DNA of 64,000 bases from Pirellulales bacterium (GTDB lineage Bacteria; Planctomycetota; Planctomycetia; Pirellulales; DATAWG01), in assembly GCA_963738955.1 (NCBI GenBank), contig CAVTYW010000006.1, positions 120,642-184,641 of the forward strand, in the 5' to 3' direction. A program made the position numbers and the translations under genes. Shown one piece after another: positions 9,848-21,400 of this stretch. The notes below the pieces were generated by a model. That model ran no database searches. It had not been told where the DNA came from and was given only the letters and a program-made list of their open reading frames with translations. Position 1 is the first letter of the stretch, and every line of letters begins with the position of its first letter.

Positions 9848-11680
9848 TCACTTCTTCGCTTTCGCCTCATCCCGCGCCTTGCGGAATTCCTCGAGCGATC
9901 GGCGAATCTGCGAGGAACCTGGATCGAATTCGACGGCTTTGGTTTGATACTTGACCGCGTTTTCGAAATCCTTTTTCGCGGAATAGCAATGGGCCAGCGT
10001 GTCCAATAGCTCGCCTTCGCCGGGCGACATTTCGACGGCCTTCTGCGAATAATCGAGCGCCCGGTCGAGGTTTCCCTCGGTGTTGGCCACGAGCCAGGCG
10101 TATTCGTTGTAGCAATTGCGAGCGCGGTTCGAGTCGGATTGGCCAGTCAGGCTGATTTCGTACGACTGAATCGCTCGATTGATCAATTCGAGCGTTTGCT
10201 TGCGGCGCTGCGCATCTTGATTCGGCAGATGATAGAGCGCGATCAGCACGTCCGGATCGGGATCGGCCGGGTCGCCTTTGTCGATCGCTTCGTCCAACTC
10301 TTCGGTTTGCTTTTTGCGATCGTTTGCGGCCGCGGCCTGGCAGGCCTTATAGAAATGAAGCTGAGCGCGGATCAACCCCGGCCGCAATTCGAATTCGGCC
10401 ATTTTCTGCGCCAGTTCGCCGTTCTTACTCAATTGCTTGACCAGCTTGTCCAACATTTCCGCGGCCTCGCCGTCGCGCTCTTGATCGTGCAACATTTCCG
10501 CGAGCAACGTTCGACTCGTCAACACTTCGTTGCTGTCGGCCGGGTCGTCTTTGATGATCCGCTGATATTCTTTTTCCGACCAGGCGACCATTCCCAGCGT
10601 GTAAAGACGCCGGGCCACTCGAAACCGGGCGGTCGAATCCTCGGGCTCGGTCGAGACAATCTTAAATGCCTGCTCGGCATATTTTTCCGCGCCCGCATCG
10701 TCGCCGCGGGCTTTGTGCGATTGCGCTTCGGCGTAGAGCAGCGTGCGATCGGCGGCGAACGTTCGGTCGAATTGCCGGGCCGTTTCGTCGACCACTTCCC
10801 ACGCTTTTTGCTCGACCAGCCAATCGACGAAACTAATCAGTTCATCGACATCGTCGCTTTCGCGGGCGATCATCTTTCGCATCACGTCGAAGGCTCGATC
10901 GCGGTGATGCCGGGCCAGCAGCATTTGGGCGTAATTGCGCAGCAGCAGGTTTTGCAGTTGCGTTTCAGCCTGCGGATCGGTGGAATCGGTGACGGTCAGC
11001 TCTTCCGTGACCAGTTTGTCCCAATCGGCGAGAGCCGCCTCCGGATCGTCGTGGCTGTGGACATAATTTCTTAGCCAGCGCGGCGGAGCGCGATCGCTGC
11101 CGGAGAGGGCATGGAGAATCTGCTTGGCTTGCTGCGGCCAGGCGGTTTCGGCCGGCTCCGATTGCAGCATGATGGCCAGCGCTCCCTGCTTCGCCACCAA
11201 AGCCGACTTCTCAAATCGAATCAGCCGGCACAGCGGAGCCAGCGCCTCGCTACGTGGCATCTCGACCAACCTCAGCATCACGGCACGCCGCTCGCGCAGG
11301 TTCTTCGAGTCGTAGTCGGTCAGCGCCTCTTTCACCAGCGGCGAGTCGGTCTCGTGAATCCAATCGATGCGAATGAGGTGAACGAGATAGCGAGCGCGGG
11401 CGGCGATTTCCAGATCGTCGTTTTCCTCGGCAGCCACGAGCACGTCGAACGCTTCCGGCCCGAGCTTGGCCAATTCCTCTTGAGCCTGCTGCCGCACGGC
11501 GTACTGCGGGTCGCCCAATTGGTTGATGAGCGCGGCGGTGCGCTGGGCAGTGGTCGGGGCGGTCGATGTCGTGTGTCCTTCTGGCCCGGCTATCGCGCTT
11601 GCGGTCGTTAGGCCCAGACATGCAAACGACAATCCCAGCCACAGTGTCGTCCAGCACAGTATCATCCAGGATTTGGCCAT
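9848..11680 (-). CDS. Secreted HEAT/TPR-repeat protein
   Basis: Signal peptide, LINQLGDPQYAVRQQA HEAT-like repeat, C-terminal TPRs (YNEYAWLVA..ALDYSQKAVE, LDTLAHCY). Confidence 0.8.
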   Translation of the reverse strand: MAKSWMILCWTTLWLGLSFACLGLTTASAIAGPEGHTTSTAPTTAQRTAALINQLGDPQYAVRQQAQEELAKLGPEAFDVLVAAEENDDLEIAARARYLVHLIRIDWIHETDSPLVKEALTDYDSKNLRERRAVMLRLVEMPRSEALAPLCRLIRFEKSALVAKQGALAIMLQSEPAETAWPQQAKQILHALSGSDRAPPRWLRNYVHSHDDPEAALADWDKLVTEELTVTDSTDPQAETQLQNLLLRNYAQMLLARHHRDRAFDVMRKMIARESDDVDELISFVDWLVEQKAWEVVDETARQFDRTFAADRTLLYAEAQSHKARGDDAGAEKYAEQAFKIVSTEPEDSTARFRVARRLYTLGMVAWSEKEYQRIIKDDPADSNEVLTSRTLLAEMLHDQERDGEAAEMLDKLVKQLSKNGELAQKMAEFELRPGLIRAQLHFYKACQAAAANDRKKQTEELDEAIDKGDPADPDPDVLIALYHLPNQDAQRRKQTLELINRAIQSYEISLTGQSDSNRARNCYNEYAWLVANTEGNLDRALDYSQKAVEMSPGEGELLDTLAHCYSAKKDFENAVKYQTKAVEFDPGSSQIRRSLEEFRKARDEAKAKK

Positions 11681-11913
11681 CGGTCGAGTGCCTCGTTTCG
11701 GAAGCATTTTGAAAGGTCGAACAACATCCATTCTATCCGCCAGACTCAAGCATACTACTCCCGGCGCGGAAATGGCAAGCGAACGGCGATTTCAATCGGC
11801 CGCGCCAACCGAACTTTCGGCTGGCACCCCGTGACGCGATGCCGCGGAATCCGTAAACTGTATCGCACGAATTCGCTCGCATCCAATCAAATCAACCTGG
11901 GAATCGCCCTGTA

Positions 11914-13126
11914 ATGGACATGCATCACTTGACCCGTGAGTTGAAGCAGCCGGGTAATTCGAAGATCGTCATGCTGGTCGCCGACGGGCTGGGCGGGCTG
12001 CCGATGGAGCCGGGCGGATTGACCGAACTGGAAACGGCCCGCACGCCGAATCTCGATGCTCTGGCCACGCGCGGCGTGCTCGGCTCGAGCATCCCGGTCA
12101 AGCCGGGCATCACGCCGGGCAGCGGGCCGGGGCATCTCGGGCTTGTTCGGCTACGATCCGCTGGAATACGTCATCGGCCGCGGTGCGCTCGAGGCGACCG
12201 GCATCGGATTCGAGCTTGGCCCGCACGACGTCGCCATCCGCGGCAATTTTTGCACGCTCGACGCGGCGGGAAACATCAGCGACCGCCGAGCCGGCCGCAT
12301 CGCCAGCGAAGAGAGCAAGCTGCTGGCGATTCGGCTGCGCGAGGTGAAGATTGCCCGGCGTCGAGGTGTTCGTCGAACCGGTCAAGGAGCATCGCTTCGT
12401 CGTCGTGCTGCGCGGCGACGGGCTTGGCGGCGACGTGCACGACACCGATCCGCAAGTCACCGGCGTGCCGCCGCTCGATCCGGTCGCACACGATCCGGCG
12501 AGCGAGACGCACGGCCGAAGTGGCGGCGAAGTTCATCGCCGCAAGCCCGGCAAGCTGCTGGCCGGCGAAAAGAAAGCCAACGGCCTGACGCTGCGCGGTT
12601 TTTCCGCCAAGCCGGCCCTGCCGAGCTACGAAGAGGTCTACGGCCTGCGAGCCGCCGCGATCGCCGTCTATCCGATGTACAAGGGGCTGGCCCGACTGGT
12701 CGGCATGAAGATCGTCGGCCAGGCACAAACGCTCGCCGAGCAAATGGCCGTGCTGCGACGAGCATTGGAACGATTTCGATTTCTTCTTCATCCACTTCAA
12801 ATACACCGACTCGACCGGCGAGGACGGCAACTTCGACGCCAAGGTGAAACGGATCGAAGAACTCGACGCCGCGATGCCCGAGATCACGGCCTTGAAGCCG
12901 ACGGTGCTGATCGTCACCGGCGACCACAGCACGCCGAGCTTTTTGAAGAGCCACAGTTGGCATCCCGTGCCGACGCTGCTTGGTCTCCGACTGTTGCCGC
13001 ACCGACGGCTGCCGCAAGTTCGGCGAAGCGGAGGCGCTGCGCGGCGGCCTGGGGCAATTCGAGGCGAAGTACCTGATGCTGCTGGCGCTGGCGAATGCCG
13101 GGCGGCTGGCAAAGTATGGAGCGTGA
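11914..13126 (+). CDS. apgM: 2,3-bisphosphoglycerate-independent phosphoglycerate mutase, ApgM type (several indels)
   Basis: [40 protein letters not shown] and TGDHSTP..HSWHPVP motifs spread across frames. Confidence 0.88.
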
Positions 13127-13162
13127 GATGGGGCTTTGGGCGGGATCGCGGTGCGCGGGCGA

Positions 13163-13738
13163 TCAGATAAGTTTCGCGAAGCTCCGCAGTGCCGAAACCG
13201 TTTTGGCGAGTCCCTGACGCGCGAGAGATGCGAGATACGCATCAACTGTCATGGCTGGATTCTTCAAGCTCCTGCGCTGCCGCTTTGCCGCCGCGCAAAC
13301 AACCGTCGGTGCAACATCAAGTTGGCGAACGAGGAATTCGTCGGGATGCTGCGCCTCGACGTCATGCGGCATCAGTGTGTCGTCAGGAAAGTCTTTGAGA
13401 TTAAACGTCACGATGATATCCGCGCCGCTCTGAATGGCGGCGGCCAGAACGTGGCGGTCGTCGGCATCGGGAAGCGTCAAGGACGGAATTAGCGGTTCAT
13501 AGCCGGTGACGATGCAGTCGGCGACGTGCGCGTTCATTAGATCGCGAATTCTCTCGGCTTGCTGACGCGTGAAGTCGGGATAATCCATTTGAACACTTCG
13601 CATCCACTCTTCGTGAATTTCGTTGGTCCATCGCGCCCGATACAATCCAGTCATTGCAAGATGCATCAGAAGGCTGCGCAGCGGCGCCGGATAGAGCACG
13701 CACGCGTCGTAGACGACCGTAAGCTGGCTCATTCTCAA
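13163..13738 (-). CDS. PIN-domain protein (PIN_3/VapC-like toxin)
   Basis: [27 protein letters not shown] and [10 protein letters not shown] motifs. Confidence 0.88.
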   Translation of the reverse strand: MRMSQLTVVYDACVLYPAPLRSLLMHLAMTGLYRARWTNEIHEEWMRSVQMDYPDFTRQQAERIRDLMNAHVADCIVTGYEPLIPSLTLPDADDRHVLAAAIQSGADIIVTFNLKDFPDDTLMPHDVEAQHPDEFLVRQLDVAPTVVCAAAKRQRRSLKNPAMTVDAYLASLARQGLAKTVSALRSFAKLI

Positions 13739-14208
13739 TAGCCGAGTCCGAGCTTTTGGTCGATGGCGGACAATTCTTCAAGCGCTTGCAGGCGATTGTG
13801 GTCCATTGTCTGCTTGAATTCCATCAGATCCTTGAACAGCACGCGGCGGTGAGTTCCGACTTTGCGGTGCGGAATGACGCCCTTCTCAAGTTGCTCGATC
13901 AGAAACGGGCGCGAGACATTCAGAATGTCCGCGGCTTGCTGCGTCGTTAGTTCGGCATGAACCGGGATCAGCGCCACCGCGTTCCCCTGGGCCATCTCGG
14001 CAAGGATGTTGTTCAGCAGTCGAAATGCCGACGCCGGAATCGAGATCGATTCTTCGGGCGCATTCTCCGGCCCAATTCGGACCCGAAGTGCCTTCTTGGG
14101 CTTGGCCGCAAGGAGTTGCGTCAATCGCCGGCTTGATTCCGCGGCAAGCTGAACGTCGGCGGCTGTCGGCGGGACGGCTTCTTCAATTTCGGCAAGGATT
14201 ACGGCCAT
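13735..14208 (-). CDS. Excisionase-like HTH_17 DNA-binding protein (putative antitoxin)
   Basis: ELTTQQAADILNVSRPFL...KVGTHRRV. GAGGAG SD upstream; overlaps the PIN gene. Confidence 0.88.
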   Translation of the reverse strand: MAVILAEIEEAVPPTAADVQLAAESSRRLTQLLAAKPKKALRVRIGPENAPEESISIPASAFRLLNNILAEMAQGNAVALIPVHAELTTQQAADILNVSRPFLIEQLEKGVIPHRKVGTHRRVLFKDLMEFKQTMDHNRLQALEELSAIDQKLGLGY

Positions 14209-14234
14209 GTTTGCTCCTCAACTGCCCTAACGGA

Positions 14235-14280
14235 ACTATACCCGACAAACGCAGCAGATGCAATATGTGAAGCAACCGAA
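14235..14280 (-). promoter_or_regulatory. Sigma70-like promoter of the HTH-PIN operon with overlapping 9-bp repeats
   Basis: TTGCAT-N17-TATAGT on the minus strand (14263-14235); four imperfect 9-mers at 14245-14280. Confidence 0.6.
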
Positions 14281-14442
14281 AGCGGCGGCTGCGAAGGCCC
14301 GCTTCGTCCAAATCACCGGCCGCCAGGTAATCTATTTCGGCCGCAACGGCGAACAGCGGTCGAGCGGTTCCGCCGGCGCCGAGTCGCCGCGCGATGTTGC
14401 GTCCGCGGTAGGCGTCGCAACGCCTCCGCATGCACAGGCAGC

Positions 14443-14495
14443 AAACACGCTGAAGCGTGAACTCCAACGGTTGGAGTTCACGCTTCAGCGTGTTT
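14443..14495. repeat. Perfect 26-bp-arm palindrome (REP doublet)
   Basis: aaacacgctgaagcgtgaactccaac-g-gttggagttcacgcttcagcgtgttt. Confidence 0.9.
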
Positions 14496-14546
14496 CGTAG
14501 AGGAAGCCAAGCGGGAACCTGATTCTCCATGACGTCCTCCCACCTC

Positions 14547-15065
14547 CTACGGCCGATCGCAAAATGTGTCGATATTCGAAGTGATATAGCGGCGGCGGAC
14601 GGCATAGAAATCGCCGAAGCCGGCAACGAAATTGAAGGTGATGCCGGGGAGATGATTCTCGATCGCACCGAAGCCCATTATCTTGGAGAATTCTTCCCAA
14701 TCTTTCGCGGCGTGAATCGCCTGAGCGTGAGCGTTGAAATAATCCAGCACTGATTCGAACATCACCAGCATTTCGTCAACTCCCAAACTTCGAAAACCGT
14801 CTCGCGCTTCATCGACGTAACAGTTGGCGATCAGATTGGCAAAGTAGCCGCCGAAGCCGCCGTTCTTCACCAGACGCTGCACCTCCCATGTTGACCAAAT
14901 AACGCGCAGTTCTTTAGGAAGCGATTGAAAATACTCGACGTATTCCGCGCTTCCATAGTCCTTTGGCCAGGGCAGCATCCAGATCTGGTCGATTACGCCG
15001 CCGACAAATTCGACGTCGTCGTCAACCGCCAGAAGCTCGTGCTTTGATATTGGAAGTATGCCCAT
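14547..15065 (-). CDS. DUF4375/DMP19-like protein
   Basis: EVQRLVKNGGFGGYFAN resembles the V.NGGF..YF.N signature; acidic protein with lower GC than its neighbours. Confidence 0.7.
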   Translation of the reverse strand: MGILPISKHELLAVDDDVEFVGGVIDQIWMLPWPKDYGSAEYVEYFQSLPKELRVIWSTWEVQRLVKNGGFGGYFANLIANCYVDEARDGFRSLGVDEMLVMFESVLDYFNAHAQAIHAAKDWEEFSKIMGFGAIENHLPGITFNFVAGFGDFYAVRRRYITSNIDTFCDRP

Positions 15066-15072
15066 GAGCGCA

Positions 15073-16307
15073 TCATTTCATCAGCCGTGCATTCAGCCAA
15101 TCCGCGTGTCCTTGCACGTCGCCTTGGTCGGCGAAATCGACCAGGAGGCTAAGGCGCTTCGCGCCGGTTAGATCGACCGAGATTGGCAGCGGGGCGGCGC
15201 CGGCGCGGACGATGGGGCCGTCGTATTTGAGTTGCCATTTGCCGCTGCCGTCGTCTGTGTAGACGCGGAAGACCACGCTGCCGTGGCCGGCGGTTTGGTC
15301 GTCGATGGCGGTTTCGGCGGCGAAGGCGCGGTAGGGCTTGTCGAGGAGATACGTTAGGCGCGAAGCGCTGTGCATGCCGAGGCCTTTTAGATACAAGCGG
15401 CCGGCGGCGCGAAGCTGGGTGCGGAGGACATTGCGGTCGGCGTGATAGGGCCAGGTGAGGTCCAAAAGCGGAATGTATTGGTAGCTCGCGGGCTTCAAGT
15501 CCGATAGATACACGGTGCGGCCACCTAGCGGCTGCAAGGCGCGGATACCGTCGGCAATATCGGCGGCGGCGGAAAGCGTGATTTGCGGACCGGCGGCCAG
15601 CGTCGCTTGCAGTTTGGTGCCGTCGAGCACCAGCGACGAAACCAACAGCCGCGAGCCGTCGGCCAAACCCAGCCAAGCGCGGTGCGTTCGCGAGATGCGG
15701 CTTGGCGGCCAGCGCGGAATTCGATCGCCACTGCGGCGATCTTGTCGGTGCGCACTTTCAGTTCGCCGGCGGCAGTGCGAATATGAACCGTGTCGTCGGC
15801 CAGCGAAAGGAGTTCGCCGCCGATTGAATCGCCGTTGACCAACAGCAAACGATCCGCGTCGCCGCCGGCTGTCGGCAGTTTGGCCAACAGCGCATCGGCG
15901 CTTTGCGGATCGGCCGGCGGATGAAACACGATTCCCGCGACGATTTCCAGCGGCAGCTTGACCGACCCGCCGGCATTCCAATCGAACACGCGCTCGCTCC
16001 TTATCGACGTCGGCCACGTCGGAGACGATGAGCGTGCCATCGACCAGCAAGATTTGCGTCTGCCCGCGCGGCTCGACAAACCGCCCCACCAGCACAAATC
16101 GCCGGCAGCCATCTGCTTCGGCTTCGAATTCTCAATTGCCCCCTCAAACGTAAGTCCCCAATTCGCGTCAACCGCAACCAGCCGAGCCTTGAACGGGGAA
16201 CCGTCAACAGGCACGGCCTCGGGCAAGGCGGCGGGCGGCGCGGCGGCATAGCCGATCGTGGCGAAGAGCAGTAAGAGTGGCCAGTGGCTAGTGGCTAGTG
16301 GCCGCAT
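15073..16307 (-). CDS. Secreted NPCBM/NEW2-domain protein (frameshifts)
   Basis: Signal peptide; C-terminal YLSDL, KGLGMHS.S.LTY.L, IDD..G.GSV.FRV and ADWLNARL motifs. Confidence 0.8.
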
Positions 16308-16456
16308 TAGGGACGAGGGGCGAGGGGCAAGAAGCGAGTGACGAAGAAAAGAAACGCGCAGTCATTGGTTAGCCTTCACTTCCGCAATCAGGAGAGACGC
16401 CTGCACCACAATTCTTCGTTCTTCGTCCCTCAAGCCTGTAGCCTCAAGCCTGTAGC

Positions 16457-17549
16457 CTAGCGTTGAAAGATCGGCAAATAATTATTCGGCATCTGCAAGA
16501 TGATGCAGGCCATGCTCGTGCCGTATTCCGTGCCGATCGAATCGATCCACGAGCCGTCGTCGGGTTGGCGTGTCAGCAGGGCGTCGCGGATGGCGGGATA
16601 CCAGCGCGTCCAGTAATCGCCGCCGGCGTGCCACATGGCCTGCACGGCGTAGTAGTGGCCGTAGAAATAATGGCTCTCGCGGCTGAAATCGTCGCCGCGG
16701 GGCATTTGGCCCATCAGATATTCCAGTCCCTTCTCGATCTCCGGCCCTTCGTAGACGCCGGCGCTGTAGAGGGCGACGATGCCGGCCGCCGAGCGGGGAA
16801 AGGCGCTCGGCCCGCCGCCGGAGATCATGTACATGAAGCCGCCGTCGGCGTTCTGGCTTTTCTTGACGTAGGCGATGCAGCGGTCGATCGTGTCGTGCGG
16901 CACGTACAGGCCGGCATTGCGGGCCGCGCGCAGGGCCATGACCTCGCAGACCGTCACCGAGATGTCGGCGTCCTGTTCGCGAACCGGCTGATAGCGCCAG
17001 CCTCCTTCGGCGTTCTGCGTGTTGACGATCAGCTGGACGGCCTTGGTGAGCTTTTCGCGGATGTCGGCACGCTGCGTCATGCCGTAGCATTCGGCCAGAA
17101 ACAGCGTGGCGAAGCCGTGGCCGTACATCGGCCCGTGGCTGCCGACGCCGGGCACGTTGATGAAGCCGCTCTCTTCCGTGTTGGCCAGGATGTAGTCGAC
17201 GCAGCGATCGACTTGCTTGCCGTACGGGCCGCGGCCGGGCGTGCTGCCGCGAGCCGATGAACGCCATGCCGGCCAGCCCGCAGACGGCCACGTTGCGGCC
17301 GTAGCCGCCGGAGCCGAACGAGCCGTCGTCGTGCTGCCGAGCGGCGAGATAATCGAGGCCCTTTTGAATCGCTTCGGTCGTCTTGGGCGTGAGCATCTCG
17401 GCGCCCGATTTTTCGGTGTCGGTGCCGCGATCGCGGGCCAGCAGCCAGCGCGGAGCAGCGGCGAGGCAACCGCCGGCAACGGCAGCGCCGAGACCGAAGC
17501 GGAAGGTGGATCGCAAGAACGTGCGGCGAGCGGCGATTGCGTTGGTCAT
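16457..17549 (-). CDS. Prenyltransferase/squalene-cyclase (alpha/alpha barrel) repeat protein with Tat-like signal (frameshift near 17250)
   Basis: RRTFL N-terminus; QW-type repeats QHDDGSF, QNAEGGWRY, QNADGGFMY and QPDDGSW; MYGHGFATLFLAE. Confidence 0.85.
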
Positions 17550-17557
17550 TTTTCTAC

Positions 17558-18440
17558 CTACGGTCGTTCGTCTTCTTGTTCGATGAGCCGTTTGAAATAC
17601 TGTTCGATTGAGGATTCGTGGCCGGGCAAGAATTCGTCGGGCGGCGCTTGGAGCATTTCTTCACGATCTTTTTCGGGCAGATTCAGTCGATCGAGTTCCT
17701 TCGTCACCACTTCGCGGGCGGCCGCCGGATCGGGCCGCTCGCTGCGGTGGTTGCGGCGCACTCCGGGCGAACTATCGAGCGCGGGCTGTTTGTCGGGATC
17801 GCCGGGCGCATGGCCGGGCGGGGCGTTGCCTTGCTTCGGTTTTTCACGAGAGCTTTTCTGCGGAGTCGACGAGTTCGACGGTTGCTGCTGCTGTTGCTGA
17901 GCGAGTTGGTCGATGAGCGACTTTAATTCGTCGGAAATGCGCTTTTGCTCGTTTTGCGTGAGACTGTCGGAATTGTTCTGCGCGAGACGTTGCTGGACCT
18001 TCCGCATTTTCACGACGATGCGGGCCAATGGATTTCCGTTCCCCTCGCCGGCGCTGCCCGAGGTCTTCGCCCGCATCGAGCGAGTTTTCCAACTGCTCGT
18101 CGAGCGGATCGAGGAGGGGGGAGGTTTTTTTATCGGCCGCGGGTTTTTGATCGGGGGCGTGCTGCGCGGGCTTGTCGGTCGGTTTTTCAGCGGGTTTTTC
18201 TGTGAGTTTCGCGGCGGGTTTCGCTGTCGGTTGTTTGGCAGAATCCGCGGCGGGCTTGTCGTCGATGCCGTTTTGCAGTTTGTTATCCAGGCCTTGCAGT
18301 AATTCGTCGTCGAGCGACTTGGCGGCGGGTTTTGCAGCGGGAGCCGGCGGATCGGCTTCGCCCGCGATGCGCGAAACCGCAAGTGCGATGCAGGCCGAAA
18401 GACAGGCGGCAAGAAACATCAGGGACGGGCGGCGGTTCAT
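17558..18440 (-). CDS. Secreted low-complexity/helical hypothetical protein (frameshift near 18060)
   Basis: ATG overlaps the upstream TGA. MNRRPSLMFLAACLS signal, Lys/Pro-rich linker, C-terminal IEQYFKRL. Confidence 0.65.
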
Positions 18441-21400
18441 GGGGCGGCCTCTTTTTTGTTGGGCGACGATTCGTCGTTGTTGTCGCCGGCCAGTTTCACC
18501 ATCAGTTCGGCCAAGCGGCCTTGCTCTTCGGTCAGATTCGCGAATTCTGCGCTGGGCGTCCGTCGGGTTTCGGCCCGGGCCGATGGCTTTGTCAAGGCGA
18601 TGCGTGCGGCGGTTGAGGTCGTCTTGCATCAAGCGGATCAGACGCACTTCGGCCAGCGAGTGGATATTCTTGCCCGACTTTCCGCCGCCGCCGTTTGGGC
18701 CATTCTTGCTGGCGGCTTGCTGGTTCGCCGGGGGCGGGCCTTGCTTCATGGCCTCGATCAAATCTTGAAGACGCTGGAGCACGTCTTGCTCGAGCTGCTG
18801 CGTTTCCGCGCCGGTGTCGCGATCCAAGAGCCGCGCGGCGGCGTGAGTCATGTCGCCGGCCGCCGAATGAAGTTCGAATTGAAACGATTCGGCGCCGACC
18901 AATTTCGCGGCCAATTGCTCGCAGTCGGTCGAGAGCGATTGCTCTTGATGTCCCACGTCGAGCACCGACTGGGCCTGGCCACGGGTCAATTCGCCCTCGG
19001 CGCCGCGGAGTTTGTCGAGTCGCAGGGTTTCTTCGACGATGTGCTTCTGAATGTCGATCAGGCCTTTCAACGAATCTTCCAACCGGGCAAGCTGCTGTTG
19101 GGCCAAATCGGCTTCGGCCTTGCGACGCGTCTCGGCAAGTTCTCGCTGGGCGTCATCCAGATCTTTTTGCGCGGCGGCGGCATTGCTGTCGGCTTCGGCA
19201 GCATCCCCGTTTTCCGCTGATTGGCCGGAACGATTCATCGCGTTGCCGGCTTGGGCCGTGGCGTCGGCTGCCCGTTGTGCCTGAAGCCGCTGCAATTGAC
19301 GGACGAGATGCTCGACCTGTGCTTGCAAATCGTGTTGTTGCCGGGCCAATCGCTGGAGCTCGGCTTTCCGCTCGGCTTCGCCTGCTTTCGAGCCCGATGC
19401 GGCGGCCAACTCCTTGAGCCGCTTGCGCAAGCCCTGTTCTTCTTTTCGCAGCCCTGCGAGTTGAGTCTCGGCTTCGCGAACTTGGCGACGAGGCGCGATA
19501 ATTCTTGATCGTGCCGGTTGGCTAAGATGTCGAGCATTTCGTCGAGCACCGCGCCGGCGGAGGCTTCTTGCCCGAGTGCCTGGCCGATCCGATTCTGACC
19601 GACGTTCTCGGCGGCGTCGCGCATTTGGCCGCCGGGCAACTGCCGGCGGGCAATGTCGAGCGCGTCGGAAAGCGATTGGGCCGACAGAGGCTCGCTCTTC
19701 GCCAACTGGCCGCCGACTTGCTCCATCCGCTGCGCCACTTTGTCGAATTGCTGGGCGAGATCGACTTGCCGGTCGCCCAGTTTCTTGAGATCGGCTTGCT
19801 GCTGCGGGCTGAGATCGTGAATGTCGTTCGTGAGCGTCGCGGCGCCGATTTCTCCAGTCGATTTTTCCAAGTCGGCCTGATCGCGGCGGATTTGAGCCAG
19901 TTGCCGGGCCAAGCCGCGGAAGCTGTTCCACTCGGCGAGATCGCCGAGCATCGCCTCCAACGTAATGGCGATCGCATCTTGCTGCCGGCCGGCGTCGGCA
20001 ATCGACTGTCGCGCGGCGGGAGGAAGCGATGCCGACTCGGGCGTGTCTTCGGCGGCTTTGAGCGCGGCGGTCAGCGATTGCTCGGCCGAGGGAAGCTCAT
20101 TCTGATCGAGCCGCGACAGACCATCGGCGATGCCTTGCATGCGCCGTTGCAACGCCGGATTATTGACATGGTTGCCGGCCAGTTCTTCCACCAGCGCGAT
20201 GACCGACGCGCGAACTCCTTCCGCCGGGCTGACCAAGCCGCGGCGAACCTGCCGTTGATTCAACTCCTCGGCCCGAAGCTGATCGAGATCGGCCTTTGCC
20301 AGCCGGCCGACTTTGCCAAGCTGCGTTTCCAAACCGGCCGTTGCCAATCGCGACGATTGCTCGAGCTTCAACAGCCGGGCTAATTCATTCAGGATGACCG
20401 ATTCGCGGGCGGCCAGATGGTCTTCGAATTCCTCAGGCGTGATGATCGAGATTCGGCGCGGCGAACTGGTTGTTTTTTGACCGGCGTAATCGGTTGCGGT
20501 GGCGGTGAGCAGCAAGTTCGTGCCCGGCTTCAGCGTCAACGGGCCCAATTGCCAGGCGAAATTGAGCGTGCGACTGTCGGCCGGCGTCGAGCCAGCGAGA
20601 ACCGGCGATGTTGCAAGCGGCAATCGCTCGGGGCCGGCAAACAGCGGCGGTGTGATTGCGACCTCGCCCAAGTCGGTTCGATCGGAGCGAGTGTAAATCA
20701 GCACGACATTGCGAATCGCGAGATCATCTTTCGCGGCGACTTTGATGTTCACCGTCGCGGCTGGTGTCACCAGTAGATTGGCCGCCGGTTGGTTGAACGA
20801 CACCGAAGGCGGTTGATCGACGATGGCTTGGATGTCCCATTTGTCCGCCTCTCCGCCGATGAGGCCTTCGCGATCGTGAAGTTCGAACCAATAGGGACCG
20901 GAGCGATCGACGACCATTGACGGCGATTCGCTGCCGGCCGGCTTGAACGGAATCGCGAAACTCAATCCGTTGAACGGAAAGCTGGCCGGAAACATTGGTG
21001 CCGCTGGGCGAATGCAATGTGGCCGCGGAGAGCGGCTTGTTCGACCGGCCAGCCAGTTCCACCCCGGTTCCGCGGATCGCAACGATTCGCCTTTCGCCCG
21101 GCTGAACGGGCCAACCGGTGTAGGCTGGCGGATGCAGCGTGATGGCAAGCGAATCGACTCGCGGCGGCTGCACCACGTTGACATGAATCCAGGCCATTTT
21201 ATGGTCGTCGCCACCCTCGGCCCGATAGTCGAACGGGCGAGCGACTCGTTCCTTGCGGGCAACCATCAGGTCGCCGATGCGCTGCATCGTTTCGGTTTCG
21301 ACCTTCGCCGCGCCGTCGTCGCCTTCGGACCGATACTGGATTTTCACCACGTCGGGCAGATTGCCGGCGCGATCTTTCAGTTCGACTTCGAATGGCTGGC

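Noticed and set aside
13735..14208. Excisionase indicating a prophage or ICE
   Set aside because: No integrase, att site/tRNA or phage genes nearby; pairing with a PIN gene indicates a TA module.
14258..14500. Small ORFs between the TA pair and the DUF4375-like gene
   Set aside because: They run through promoter and REP sequence and show no protein-like features.
16457..17549. Squalene-hopene cyclase / hopanoid biosynthesis
   Set aside because: Only about 360 aa (single barrel), export signal present, no DxDD motif and no hpn genes.
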